A stretch of 64,000 bases of DNA from Candidatus Heimdallarchaeota archaeon. GTDB taxonomy: Archaea > Asgardarchaeota > Heimdallarchaeia > Hodarchaeales > Hodarchaeaceae. Of the stretch, positions 30,028 through 40,842 are shown one piece after another; position 1 is the stretch's first letter, and every line of letters begins with the position of its first letter. The stretch spans positions 96,001 to 160,000 of the forward strand of contig RDOB01000002.1 of the NCBI GenBank assembly GCA_011364965.1. The letters are read 5' to 3'. The position numbers and the translations under genes were made by a program. The notes under the pieces were generated by a model that saw only the letters and a program-made list of their open reading frames with translations, searched no databases and was not told the origin of the DNA.

Positions 30028-31380
30028 TTAAATAATAAAAGGAGAAATTATTATTAAATAGATAGTACCTATTAGAAGATGGAGAAAACCAAGTAAAGCT
30101 CCTATCTTTAGAAATTCTATGAATGTAATAGGAGATCCCTCTCTATTTGCTAAATTTATTGCTAAGATATTTGCTGGACTGCCAATCGGAAGAATATACC
30201 CTCCTAAATTAACTGCTATTACTAATCCCCACCAAGCAATATCCCCTATTACCCCTGCCGTTTGTAAGTCTGCGAATACAGGAGCTAAGGCTGCTGAGAT
30301 TGGAATATTATCCACCACTGCAGAAATCATGCCAATTCCAAACGTGATAAATGGTAATGATAAAATCAAGGGTAATTCCAAAAAGGGAGTTAATAGTTCT
30401 CCTAGCAATTCAAGTATTCCTAATATTTCAATAGATCCAACTAAAATGAATAAACCCATTATGAAATAAATTGAGATCCATTCTACATCCTTAAAAATGT
30501 CCTTAGGATGCATCCCTGAGAATAGAAGAAGTAGTGCTGCAACCAATAGAGCAATTTCCGCTGCTTTCAGATGAAATGCTCCTCCGAATATAAAACCTGA
30601 CACTAATATAATTAATCCGATAATTACCACATAAAATGTCCGTCGATTTTCAACCAATACATTAGGATCAAGTAAAAAAATTTCCCTTACCAAAAACTGA
30701 GATGGTTCCTTAAAATCAGCTTTAGAAGTAATATAATATATTGGTAAGGCTGTCAATAGCAATATAACACTTAAGGGCCCCATAACTATGACAAAATCTA
30801 TAAATGAAGCTCCACTCTTGTCTGCTAAAACTATATTCGGAATACTTCCTACAAGAGAAGGTATTGATGCAAAATTAGCTGTTAGAGCTTCAACTATTAA
30901 TGTGGGACGGAAATCAAACTCAAGAATTTTATAGATCTCAACTGTTAACGGCGCTATAATCAGCATTGTTGTTATTACGTCAAATACGAAACTTATGACG
31001 TAAGTTAAAAGAGTTAGGGATATCAATAATGTTTTGGGATTTCCTTTTGTAAACCTGACTATAATAATACTAATATATTGGAATAATCCAGATCGACTAG
31101 AAATAATAGTAATAATCATCATCGCTGTAATAAAGATGATTGTATTCCATTCGACTCTAGAAACAATCGTGTGAAATTCCGTTGCGTGCCCCTCGTATTC
31201 CCATTGTGTTATTATTAATAGGATAGAAATTGCTCCTGCGCCTAGTAAAGCGGAAATTGGTCGATGGAATTTTTCAGTGGAAATTAGAATATATATGCCA
31301 ATAAAGATAATTAATCCTACCAACTGAACTGGATTTAGAGCTGACACAAAACGAACCACCATGACAATTAGAATAGCCAT
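30028..31380 (-). CDS. ArsB/NhaD/SLC13 (IT superfamily) permease
   Basis: About 12 TM; motifs VEWNTIIF, GSIPNI, SAVVDNIP and NLGG..LPIGSPANI. Confidence 0.88.
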   Translation of the reverse strand: MAILIVMVVRFVSALNPVQLVGLIIFIGIYILISTEKFHRPISALLGAGAISILLIITQWEYEGHATEFHTIVSRVEWNTIIFITAMMIITIISSRSGLFQYISIIIVRFTKGNPKTLLISLTLLTYVISFVFDVITTMLIIAPLTVEIYKILEFDFRPTLIVEALTANFASIPSLVGSIPNIVLADKSGASFIDFVIVMGPLSVILLLTALPIYYITSKADFKEPSQFLVREIFLLDPNVLVENRRTFYVVIIGLIILVSGFIFGGAFHLKAAEIALLVAALLLLFSGMHPKDIFKDVEWISIYFIMGLFILVGSIEILGILELLGELLTPFLELPLILSLPFITFGIGMISAVVDNIPISAALAPVFADLQTAGVIGDIAWWGLVIAVNLGGYILPIGSPANILAINLANREGSPITFIEFLKIGALLGFLHLLIGTIYLIIISPFII

Positions 31381-31832
31381 ATTTTATAATTTCGCATTTA
31401 TATAATAGACCACGAAGTTACTGTCCAGTATTACAGAAAAAATTTCATTCATATATAGTATTATATGTCGAACTTTATTGTTTAAAGTGGTTCAAAACTA
31501 CTTGGCACAAATTATAAAATATTTTGTTTCTTCCTTGAATAATCATATTTTATTATTTAATGGCATAGAAATTATATCATATTAAATTAATTTCAAATAC
31601 TTCAAACAAATCCAACACCAAGTTCTTTAGATAAAACGTATTTACATCTTAACTCTTTTCTAACGTTTAGTTCGTTTAACAATTGAAAAGTAGGATCTCA
31701 AGAAATTTATATGAATAAAAACTAAACCTCTTCAGCCAGAAGAACGCAATCCTAAGGAAATTAAGGGGATCATATGTCTAAGTCTCTTAAAATCTCCTTG
31801 GGTGATGGAATTAAAAAGGTGTATGATATTTT

Positions 31833-32873
31833 ATGATACCTAGGTTTATCTCTCAGGAAGCTTTAAAAGAATGGGTAGAGCATTTAATAACACAATTTAG
31901 TGTGTATGCTCCTGTTCAAGAAAAAGGAGACTATGATTTTGCAAAGATTGCACATGCTGAAGAGATTGCATTTGATTTTGATCGTACTCGGATGTCAATC
32001 AAAGGTTTTTTTTTGAAGCCTGAAGAGAAGCTCATGTCCGCATCAGCCTCAAAAGGGGATCCTGTTGCATCATCACCAGATACTAGTAAAAGAATTATTT
32101 TTGGTGCGCGACCTTGTGATATTACAGCCTTAAATTTGACAGATAATGTCTTTGTTAAGGATTTTTATGATCCATATTATATGAAGCGTCGTCAGTCAAC
32201 AATAATAATTGGTATACGTTGTACAGAGAAGTGTCGTACCTGTTTTTGTGGAACAATGGATAGCAATAACCCACTAACTGGATATGATATCATGTTGACT
32301 GAAATGGATACTGGGGAAATTCTGATCCAAGCTGGATCCGATAATGGAGAAAAATTATTTCGGGGAAGTCGTCATCTAACACGCCAATCATCTGAGGAAG
32401 ATCAAAGTCTTATTTTAAAGACATTCAAAAAAATAACTGAAACTTTTACTCCTGATATTCCTACCACTGGCTTAAAAGCGATTATAGATTTAGGAAGGAC
32501 AGAATTTCTTTGGAAAAAATATGAAAAGATCTGTTTGTCTTGTGGGCAATGTGTATTTGTGTGCCCAACTTGCTGGTGTTTTGATGTTAAAGAAATAGTG
32601 GGAGCAGATGAGACGGATTTTGGTAATTTAGATAAAACTGCAAGAATTCGACGATGGGCCTCATGTTTGTATAAAGATTATCATACAGTGTCAGGTGGTC
32701 ACATTTTTATGCCAACTGTTGCTTCTCGTTTAGAAAACTATTACAAACACAAATTACGAGGGATTCCTGAAAAATTCGGGGTATGGGGTTGTGTTGGATG
32801 TGGAAGGTGTGTGAGTACATGTCCTGTGGGAATTGATATTAGAGAGTCATTAAAGGAGTTAACAGGTGATTAA
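31833..32873 (+). CDS. hydB: Group 3b [NiFe]-hydrogenase (sulfhydrogenase) beta subunit, 4Fe-4S
   Basis: Motifs GARPCD, CFC, CLSCGQCVFVCPTCWCF and CVGCGRCVSTCPVGID. Confidence 0.92.
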   Translation: MIPRFISQEALKEWVEHLITQFSVYAPVQEKGDYDFAKIAHAEEIAFDFDRTRMSIKGFFLKPEEKLMSASASKGDPVASSPDTSKRIIFGARPCDITALNLTDNVFVKDFYDPYYMKRRQSTIIIGIRCTEKCRTCFCGTMDSNNPLTGYDIMLTEMDTGEILIQAGSDNGEKLFRGSRHLTRQSSEEDQSLILKTFKKITETFTPDIPTTGLKAIIDLGRTEFLWKKYEKICLSCGQCVFVCPTCWCFDVKEIVGADETDFGNLDKTARIRRWASCLYKDYHTVSGGHIFMPTVASRLENYYKHKLRGIPEKFGVWGCVGCGRCVSTCPVGIDIRESLKELTGD

Positions 32874-33720
32874 AATGCGGAAACCAAGAGAAAATCCATA
32901 TATACCCTTTGATGCTACAATAACAAAAATTGTTGATCTTAATGAAGAATCTAAGAGTTTTCACCTTGATTCTTCGGAATTACGTAAAATGATCTATCAA
33001 CCTGGACAATTCATTCAAGTAACTGTATATGGGGTGGGGGAAGTAGCAATAGGAATAACTGATACAATATATGATGAAGGATTTGAGGTTGCTATAAGGA
33101 ATACTGGTGGACGTGTAACTTCTTATCTTCATACAATGAAAGTTGGAGATATAGTAGGAATTAGGGGGCCACTAGGTAAACCGTTCCCTATGGATGATTT
33201 TAAGGGTAAGAATTTATTATTTATTTGTGCTGGAATTGGTTTCTGGCCAATTAGGGCCTGTATAAAGCATGTTATTAACCACAGGGAAGATTATGGTAAA
33301 CTTTTGGCTATTTTCGGTGTAAGAAATCCTTCTTTATTCACTTACACTGATGAAATTGAATCTTGGATGTCTCGCGAGGATATGAAGGTTCAGAGAACTG
33401 TTGATTCGTGCTCAGATGAAGATTGTTGGGACGAGAATGTAGGACTGATTACTTCATTAACTGATGACTTCAAACCGCAAAATCCCGAAGATTGGATAAT
33501 TTTATGCTGTGGACCTCCAGTTGCATTTAAGTTTATTGGAGAGTCACTCAATAAGAATGGATTCAATGATGATCAAATCTGGGTGAGTTTAGAGCGCAAA
33601 ATGAAGTGTGGTATTGGGAAATGCAACCATTGCTTAATTCATGGTACTAGATACGTCTGCATGGATGGGCCTGTCTTTACGCTAGGAGAAGCTAGGGATA
33701 TGCCAGGAGGATTGGATTAG
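32866..33720 (+). CDS. hydG: Group 3b hydrogenase gamma subunit (FAD/NAD(P)-binding, 2Fe-2S); likely start ATG 32875
   Basis: Motifs PGQF, RGPLG, CGPP, ERKMKCGIGKCNHC and CMDGPVF. Confidence 0.92.
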   Translation: MIKMRKPRENPYIPFDATITKIVDLNEESKSFHLDSSELRKMIYQPGQFIQVTVYGVGEVAIGITDTIYDEGFEVAIRNTGGRVTSYLHTMKVGDIVGIRGPLGKPFPMDDFKGKNLLFICAGIGFWPIRACIKHVINHREDYGKLLAIFGVRNPSLFTYTDEIESWMSREDMKVQRTVDSCSDEDCWDENVGLITSLTDDFKPQNPEDWIILCCGPPVAFKFIGESLNKNGFNDDQIWVSLERKMKCGIGKCNHCLIHGTRYVCMDGPVFTLGEARDMPGGLD

Positions 33721-34503
33721 ATGTCAGAGAAACCACGTGTAGGAATTTTTGGTATGACAAGTTGTTATGGTTGTCAGTTAGAAATAATAAATTTGGAAGA
33801 AAATATCCTCCGCTTACTTGATCATGTGAACATATCTTATTGGAGATTAGCTCTAGAAACTCCATCTGATCCTAAAAATCTTGATATAGCAATTATTGAG
33901 GGTTCTGCATCCAACCAAGAGGAGATTGAGGAACTTAGGGAAATTAGGCAAAATTCCAAGATCGTTATTACAATTGGAGCATGTGCAGCACTCGGAGGAG
34001 TTCAGGGAATGCGGAACTTAATGAATAACGAGAGAGTTATGTCAGCAGCCTATTCTAATTTATCTGGTGTACGAGCAACAGAGGTTAAAGCTATCCATGA
34101 GGTAATCAAAGTGGATTATGCTGTACGAGGTTGTCCTATAAATAAAGAGGAATTTGCTGCAGCAATTCTTCATCTTCTTGCTGGTACACAACCTCCAGCA
34201 TGGAATATGCCAGTGTGTAATGAATGTAAGATTAAAGGTAATGAATGCTTTTTTGAGCGTAAGAAACCATTACCCCATTATCAATCAAGAGTTTGTCTTG
34301 GACCAATTTCGGAAGCTGGATGCGGAGCACGGTGTCCCTCAAATGGAATGCCTTGCGATGGATGTCGTGGATGGACTGAAGACGCTCATGTCAAACAGTG
34401 GATAAAGGAAGGCCTAGAACGAAATCAAACGATAGAGGATCTCGCGATGTTAGTTCACCGGTATTCTGGTGGAACTAAGGATTCAGAAATAGCAAAGGAA
34501 TGA
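33721..34503 (+). CDS. hydD: Group 3b hydrogenase delta (small) subunit
   Basis: Motifs SCYGCQ, IEGS, GACA, GCP, VCNEC, CLGP and CPSNGMPCDGCRG. Confidence 0.92.
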   Translation: MSEKPRVGIFGMTSCYGCQLEIINLEENILRLLDHVNISYWRLALETPSDPKNLDIAIIEGSASNQEEIEELREIRQNSKIVITIGACAALGGVQGMRNLMNNERVMSAAYSNLSGVRATEVKAIHEVIKVDYAVRGCPINKEEFAAAILHLLAGTQPPAWNMPVCNECKIKGNECFFERKKPLPHYQSRVCLGPISEAGCGARCPSNGMPCDGCRGWTEDAHVKQWIKEGLERNQTIEDLAMLVHRYSGGTKDSEIAKE

Positions 34504-35804
34504 GAAAAATGAATGAAACAATAGATCTTAAGCATATTGCTCGTGTAGAGGGCTATGGAAGATTAATCGTTGATATCGATAACAAACAGCTGAAAGATGC
34601 TAAATTTAACGTTTTAGAAGGAGCGCGCTTTTTTGAAGGTATCTTACTTGGAAAAAAATATAATGAGGTTCCTATAATTATTTCTCGTATCTGTGCTATA
34701 TGTTCTGCATCTCATAGTATCGTATCAACATATGCTGTTGAGAATGCACTAAGTATCCGTCCATCAGAGCAAACTCATCTTTTAAGGAAATTACTTGTCT
34801 ATGGAGAGATGATAGAAAGCCATTTATTGCACACTTACTATCTTGCTTTACCTGATTATATCAGACAACCAAGTGTAATTCCACTTGCCTCAAGCCATCC
34901 AGATGTAGTTAAACGTGCATTCTATGGTCATGGTCTTGGTAATGAAATTCAGCGGAAAATCGGGGGTCGGGCAGTTCATCCAATAAGAAATGTCGTGGGT
35001 GGATTCTCTATGTTTCCTTCTCTTGAAGAAATGGAATCAATTCGGAAAAAAATTCCTCTGATGATTGAGGAGACTCTAGAAACTATTAAATTATTCCGTG
35101 ATCTTCCTGATCAACCTACTATCGAATCAAAACGAGATTATGCAGCCATCTGGGATTGTAATGAATATGCTTATTGCTATGCAAAAGAAATTGCACATGG
35201 ATATGGAGATCCTTTCCCAGCGACAGAATATCAAACTCATCTTATTGAAGAAGTTCGACCATATTCGCATACTAAATTTTCATCATTGAATGGAGAATCG
35301 TTTATGGTAGGCGCTCTTCCAAGGTTGAACCTTAATCATCATTTATTGACTAATGTGGGAAAAGAGGCTTTGGAGTTATCCAAGTTAAACCTTCCAGACT
35401 TTGATACTTATCATAATAATATTGCCCAACTAGTTGAGACGGTTGATTGTGCTCAGCGTTCAATAGACATTTTGGATAAATTTATTTCCGATGATTTTGA
35501 ATTTGAGACCTTTGATTTCAATCCTAAACCAGGAAATGGAATTGCAGTTACAGAAGCACCCCGTGGGTTGTTAGTACATCAATACACATTTGATGAAGAT
35601 CTTCGTTGTACATATTGTGATGTTGTGACTCCCACTGCTTACAATCAGCATAAGATGGAAACAGATTGTGTAGATTTGATACCTAGGATTGCACATCGTC
35701 CGCGCGAGGACATAGAGCTGTTCTTAAATATGCTTATTCGAGCATATGATCCATGTATTTCGTGTTCAGCTCATTCTGTTAAGTTAGATGTGAAATTTGT
35801 TTAA
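34500..35804 (+). CDS. hydA: Group 3b [NiFe]-hydrogenase alpha (large) subunit
   Basis: RVEG, L1 RICAICSASH, EAPRG, L2 DPCISCSAH and a cleavable tail SVKLDVKFV. Confidence 0.95.
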   Translation: MRKMNETIDLKHIARVEGYGRLIVDIDNKQLKDAKFNVLEGARFFEGILLGKKYNEVPIIISRICAICSASHSIVSTYAVENALSIRPSEQTHLLRKLLVYGEMIESHLLHTYYLALPDYIRQPSVIPLASSHPDVVKRAFYGHGLGNEIQRKIGGRAVHPIRNVVGGFSMFPSLEEMESIRKKIPLMIEETLETIKLFRDLPDQPTIESKRDYAAIWDCNEYAYCYAKEIAHGYGDPFPATEYQTHLIEEVRPYSHTKFSSLNGESFMVGALPRLNLNHHLLTNVGKEALELSKLNLPDFDTYHNNIAQLVETVDCAQRSIDILDKFISDDFEFETFDFNPKPGNGIAVTEAPRGLLVHQYTFDEDLRCTYCDVVTPTAYNQHKMETDCVDLIPRIAHRPREDIELFLNMLIRAYDPCISCSAHSVKLDVKFV

Positions 35805-35832
35805 GTGATTCAGTAACTCACTTTTTTCCTTT

Positions 35833-36336
35833 TTAATCTTTCTGGTTATGAATAATCACTTTTATTTCATTAATAGCCTTTGGTATTGCATTTATAGCCT
35901 GTTCTGAGAGAGATTCGCCATAACCGATATCAGAAACAATGATTGCTAGGATTTTCAATCTTTTTGGCATTATTTCTGGTCTTAAATCTTTAAGCATTTT
36001 TAAAAATTCAGTGATTCGTATTCCATGTGTAGTAGTAGTTAATTCAGTTTTAGATCCCATAACTGTATCTAATGTAATTTGTATAACAGTACCTACAGGA
36101 TATTCCTTAGAGGTCGCTGCATCTATAAAGAGTGCAAGTTTGAGATTTGGATTCTTTTCCAAAATTGGTTCAACGTCAAATATCCCAATATCAATCTCAT
36201 AAAGTAAAAAATTATTAAAGAAACTGTCCTGATGAAGTGACGCTAATATCCTTAAACCTATCCCATCGTCTTTACGATATCTATTTCCAATTCCAAAAAT
36301 AGCAATACTTTTTTGCTTGGAAGCTCGTTTTGAGAT
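35833..36336 (-). CDS. Hydrogenase maturation endopeptidase (HybD/HycI family), apparent ATC start
   Basis: The frame continues upstream of the track start: SIAIFGIGNRYRKDDGIG...LFIDAA...TTH...LSE. The in-frame stop lies in the AGGTGA RBS, 6 nt before ATC. Confidence 0.85.
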   Translation of the reverse strand: MSKRASKQKSIAIFGIGNRYRKDDGIGLRILASLHQDSFFNNFLLYEIDIGIFDVEPILEKNPNLKLALFIDAATSKEYPVGTVIQITLDTVMGSKTELTTTTHGIRITEFLKMLKDLRPEIMPKRLKILAIIVSDIGYGESLSEQAINAIPKAINEIKVIIHNQKD

Positions 36337-36521
36337 CTTCTTTCACCTTTTCAAGCTGATAACTCGTTCGTTTTGTAGTTTATTGGACGAATATTGTATA
36401 AAATTAACAATGAATACGCCATGGCTACCTAGTAAAATTCAGTAGAATACATCAAAAGGCATTTAAGGGCAATTATTAATATTTAATCTTGTATAAAAAA
36501 ATGGGGCTTTTTTTCTTGAGA

Positions 36522-37916
36522 ATGGAAACGGATATTGCAATTATAGGTGGTGGGCCTGCAGGATATGTAGCTGCCATTCGAGCTTCACAATTAGGAGCAA
36601 AGGTTATATTAGTAGAGAAAGGGGAAATAGGTGGAACTTGTTTAAATAGGGGCTGCATTCCAACAAAATCCCTTTTGGAATCAGCTAAAAGATACAATAT
36701 GCTTTCTGATGCAGGGAAATTTGGATTGAACGTTGAGAATTTTTCATTTGATTACATTAAAATACAAAAAAGGAAAAATCAAATTGTTACGCGACTTGTG
36801 AAAGGAATAGAGTTTTTATTAAAGAATAATAGTGTTCAAATAGTAAGAGGTACCGGGAGTTTTATCGATTCTCATACAATTTCTGTTAAAACCCAAGATG
36901 AGACCTATACAATAATAACAAAAAAAACTATAATTGCTACCGGAAGTAAATCTTCTTCTGTTCCAATTCCTGGAATTCAAGGCGTAAAAGTATTAAATAG
37001 TAATGAGCTATTAATGTTAGATCGAATTCCAGACAGTATATTAATAATTGGGGGAGGTATAATTGGGGATGAATTTGCTTCAATTTTCAATTCTTTTGGA
37101 TGTAAAGTAACTATAGTCGAAATGTTGTCTCATCTGATTCCAATGGAAGATAGGGAAATAAGTATTGAGCTTGAGGCAGCTTTCAAGAGGATGGGAATCA
37201 AAGTGTATACTAATTCCAAAGTTACTGGTATCAGCGACGCAGAAAATGGTGAAAAAGTAGTTAAATTCCTCGATCATGAAGGAGTAGAGCAAATAATACG
37301 CTCAGAATATGTATTAGTATCTGTCGGACGAACTTCGGTTATTGAGGATTTAAATCTTGATGTATTGGAAAGTTTGGACTATGGACGAGGGATAACTGTT
37401 AATTATAAAATGGAAACTACCATACCTGACATTTATGCTATTGGAGACGTCATTCAAGGTGTTCCCTCCCCTATGTTAGCTTATACCGCTTCTCAAGAAG
37501 GCGAGATTGCAGTAGAAAATGCCCTCGGTAATAATATGGAAATGAAATATCATGGTATCCCTAGTGCTATATTTACATTCCCAGAGGTTGCTTCCGCGGG
37601 TTTAACAGAGGATAAAGCCAAAGAAACGCATGAGGTGCTTGTGGGAAAATTTCCATTTCAAGGAAATGGTCGAGCTATTATAGCAGGAGAGAATCGCGGA
37701 TTTGTGAAAGTTATTCTGGATAAGAAAACCACTGAGATTTTAGGAGTTCATATTATTGGGCCTCATGCAACAGAACTAATTGCTGAAGCTTCATTAGCCG
37801 TTACAAACCGTTTACATGCGAAATCTATTATCAAAACAGCGCATGGTCATCCTGTTTTGTATGAAAGTATAAAAGAAGCAGTACTGGATGCATTAGGAAG
37901 AGCAATTCATAAATAA
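36522..37916 (+). CDS. lpdA: Dihydrolipoamide dehydrogenase
   Basis: GGGPAGY, redox GGTCLNRGCIPTK, GGGIIG, GDV and HPVLYE. Start taken at ATG 36522 (track start is 36489). Confidence 0.92.
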   Translation: METDIAIIGGGPAGYVAAIRASQLGAKVILVEKGEIGGTCLNRGCIPTKSLLESAKRYNMLSDAGKFGLNVENFSFDYIKIQKRKNQIVTRLVKGIEFLLKNNSVQIVRGTGSFIDSHTISVKTQDETYTIITKKTIIATGSKSSSVPIPGIQGVKVLNSNELLMLDRIPDSILIIGGGIIGDEFASIFNSFGCKVTIVEMLSHLIPMEDREISIELEAAFKRMGIKVYTNSKVTGISDAENGEKVVKFLDHEGVEQIIRSEYVLVSVGRTSVIEDLNLDVLESLDYGRGITVNYKMETTIPDIYAIGDVIQGVPSPMLAYTASQEGEIAVENALGNNMEMKYHGIPSAIFTFPEVASAGLTEDKAKETHEVLVGKFPFQGNGRAIIAGENRGFVKVILDKKTTEILGVHIIGPHATELIAEASLAVTNRLHAKSIIKTAHGHPVLYESIKEAVLDALGRAIHK

Positions 37917-37923
37917 TTGATGA

Positions 37924-39939
37924 TTAAGTACTCAATCTACTTTTCCCTTTCTTTTCTTTATTTGAGCTTTTTTCATTCTCTGGATTTTGAAGGGAGAAGA
38001 TGAGATCTCGGATTTCAGCTGCTTTTTCAAATTCCAGCTCTTCAGCTGCTAGCTTCATTTCTTCTCTTAAAGCTGATAAATATTGTGGTAATTCATCTGC
38101 TGAGATGGTTTGAGACTTTATATCACTGAATGAGGTATGCATCTCTATCAAAGGTGAGCGAATATCTTTCTTTATTGTTTGAGGCACAATTCCTAAATCT
38201 TGATTATATTTAATTTGTATTTTTCTCCTCCTCTTGGTTTCTGCTATTGCACTCTGCATTGAATCAGATATATCATCTGCATAGAATACCACGCGTCCAT
38301 TTACATTTCTTGCTGCTCGGCCAATTGTTTGTATAAGTGCTCGTTCATTACGAAGGAACCCTTGCTTATCTGCATCTAGAATGGCAACTAAAGAAACTTC
38401 GGGTAAGTCTAATCCCTCGCGTAAAAGATTTATCCCTACTAAGACGTCAAATTCTCCTAATCTAAGAGATCTTAGGATGTCAGTCCGCTCTAGTGTTTTT
38501 ATTTCAGAGTGTAAATACCTTGCTTTGATTCCTATTTCATCAAAATAATCTGCGAGGTTTTCTGCCATTCTTTTAGTTAAAGTTGTCACCAAAGTTCTTT
38601 CATTTCTTTTGGTTGTGTTTTGTATTTCGGTTATAAGGTCATCAATTGGATTTGGAACATTAAGTCTAAGGACGATTTCAGGGTCTATTAATCCTGTGGG
38701 TCTTATAATTTGTTCAACTATTGCCATTTTACTTTTTTTTCTTGCATAAGGACCTGGGGTAGCACTTACAAAAATAGTCTGACCCATTCTTTCTTCAAAT
38801 TCTCTAAAATTCAGGGGACGATGATCATAAGCAGAAGGAAGACGGAAACCATAGTCCACTAGACTTTTTTTCCGTGAGCGATCTCCTTCAAGCATTCCCC
38901 CTATTTGAGGAATAGTCATGTGAGATTCATCTATAACTAATAAATAATCACTTGGAAAGAATTCAAAAAGTGTCGAAGGCGGCTCTCCAGGGTCTCTTCT
39001 ATCAAGATATCTGGAATAGTTCTCCATTCCTGGACAATGACCTAGTTCTTCGATCAACTCCAGATCATATAAAGTACGCTGTTGTAAACGATGTGCTTCA
39101 ATTTGTTTACCTTCAGCGTTCAATTCCTTTAACCGTATTTCTAGCTCCTTTCGAATCTCTTGGATTGCAAACTTTAACTCTTCCTTCTCCCTGACATAAT
39201 GTTTTGCAGGAAAAATATACGCTTTATCTAATATTATTTGGATTTTACCAGAAACAGGATGTATCTCTGCGATCCGATCGATTTCATTACCAAATAATTC
39301 AATTCGAATCGCTGTTTTATCTTCATATACAGGCCATACGTCAATAGTATCCCCCTTTGATCTAATTGTCCCTCTTGTTAAAGCCACCTCATTTCTTTCA
39401 TATAGATTTTCGATTAAACGAGAAAGGATTTCTCCTTTTGTTATTGTCATTCCCTTTTCTACGAATAATCCCATTTTCTTATAAGTTTCAGGCTTCCCTA
39501 ATCCATAAATACAAGAAACAGACGCAATCACGATCACATCCCATCGCTCGAGAAGACTTCGAGTAGCAGATGCACGCATTTTATCTATTTCTTCATTAAT
39601 GTCGAAGTCCTTTTCGATGTATCTATCAGGAGTTGGTAGATATGCTTCTGGTTGATAATAATCATAGAAAGAAACAAAATATTCTACAGCATTATTCGGG
39701 AAATATTCTTTGAATTCTTGATATAATTGCGCTGCAAGAGTTTTATTATGGGAAATTATTAATGTCGGTTTCTGAACTTGTTCTATTACATTAGCTATAG
39801 TAAAAGTTTTCCCCGATCCTGTTACTCCCAGAAGAGTTTGAAATTTATTGTTTTCTTTGATCAATTTTACAAGTGTCTCTATAGCTTTACTTTGATCACC
39901 ACGGGGGCTATAAGATGATTCTAATTTGAATTCAGGCAC
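37924..39939 (-). CDS. uvrB: Excinuclease ABC subunit B
   Basis: GVTGSGKT, HNKTLAAQL, YYQPEAY, DESH, QTIGRAARN and a C-terminal UVR domain. Confidence 0.97.
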   Translation of the reverse strand: MPEFKLESSYSPRGDQSKAIETLVKLIKENNKFQTLLGVTGSGKTFTIANVIEQVQKPTLIISHNKTLAAQLYQEFKEYFPNNAVEYFVSFYDYYQPEAYLPTPDRYIEKDFDINEEIDKMRASATRSLLERWDVIVIASVSCIYGLGKPETYKKMGLFVEKGMTITKGEILSRLIENLYERNEVALTRGTIRSKGDTIDVWPVYEDKTAIRIELFGNEIDRIAEIHPVSGKIQIILDKAYIFPAKHYVREKEELKFAIQEIRKELEIRLKELNAEGKQIEAHRLQQRTLYDLELIEELGHCPGMENYSRYLDRRDPGEPPSTLFEFFPSDYLLVIDESHMTIPQIGGMLEGDRSRKKSLVDYGFRLPSAYDHRPLNFREFEERMGQTIFVSATPGPYARKKSKMAIVEQIIRPTGLIDPEIVLRLNVPNPIDDLITEIQNTTKRNERTLVTTLTKRMAENLADYFDEIGIKARYLHSEIKTLERTDILRSLRLGEFDVLVGINLLREGLDLPEVSLVAILDADKQGFLRNERALIQTIGRAARNVNGRVVFYADDISDSMQSAIAETKRRRKIQIKYNQDLGIVPQTIKKDIRSPLIEMHTSFSDIKSQTISADELPQYLSALREEMKLAAEELEFEKAAEIRDLIFSLQNPENEKSSNKEKKGKSRLST

Positions 39940-40158
39940 GATCTAACACCTGTGTATCAATATCGCATGGATACTGGAAAATACATTGACTTCAAAAGTA
40001 TGTTTCTTCTGGTAAATAAGCAATTATTTTTTTAGTATATATGAGATTCCTTGATATTTTATTTTAGAATTTGAATTGGTTTTTAAATTATGTTGGATTT
40101 TGTTTCAATTGACCATATTCGGGTATAAAAGAATTGTTCTCTGATAAGAGGTTGTAAC

Positions 40159-40833
40159 GTGTTCGATAGAGATATTCGTGTTACTATTTTGGGTAATACT
40201 GGAGTTGGAAAGACAACTCTAATCGAACGTGTGAAGGGTAAAAATGTAGTGAAATTAACACCCGATAAATCATTAGATGTGAATATAGAGGAAAAAAGGA
40301 TTCGATTAAGGAGCTCTGAAGATTCTCCATGGTATTCGTTGGAAGCATATCGAATGTATCGTGTATTCGCCATAGATAACCCCGGGGATTATAAATTACG
40401 TCGAGTTTGGCGTGAATCGATGAGGAAGTATAAAACAAGAGGAATGCTATTTCTTTTAGATCCTAAACAGTCCATTGAAGTCCAAAGGGTAGCCATGGAG
40501 GATAGTTTCAATTATTTTTTGGATTCGTTGGATCTTAATCCTGCAAAAGCTGATAAAAAGGCTCAAAGCACTAAATATGTATTCCATTTCGTTGTAAATA
40601 AATGTGATCTATTATCTAATGTTCAACTCGAAACCCCAACCTTTTTAATGAACCCGGAAGTGAAGGAACAAGCTGTTGACTTCCTTTCAAATTTTGCTCA
40701 TACGATAGATGAATTCAAATCCACATTTCCTTATTCTAATATTGGGATATCCTATTTTTCTGCTTTATATAGCCCATATGAGGATATTGATAAGTTATTC
40801 GAGATTCTAAAGGTTTTTATTTACGAAAGTTGA
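40159..40833 (+). CDS. Divergent small GTPase (Arf/Sar-like features)
   Basis: Motifs GNTGVGKTT, DNPG..LRRVW, NKCD and SAL. Confidence 0.75.
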   Translation: MFDRDIRVTILGNTGVGKTTLIERVKGKNVVKLTPDKSLDVNIEEKRIRLRSSEDSPWYSLEAYRMYRVFAIDNPGDYKLRRVWRESMRKYKTRGMLFLLDPKQSIEVQRVAMEDSFNYFLDSLDLNPAKADKKAQSTKYVFHFVVNKCDLLSNVQLETPTFLMNPEVKEQAVDFLSNFAHTIDEFKSTFPYSNIGISYFSALYSPYEDIDKLFEILKVFIYES

Positions 40834-40842
40834 GGATGGTTG

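Noticed and set aside
35833-36336. Maturation protease as a frameshifted pseudogene
   Set aside because: The frame is intact through all motifs; only the start codon is atypical.
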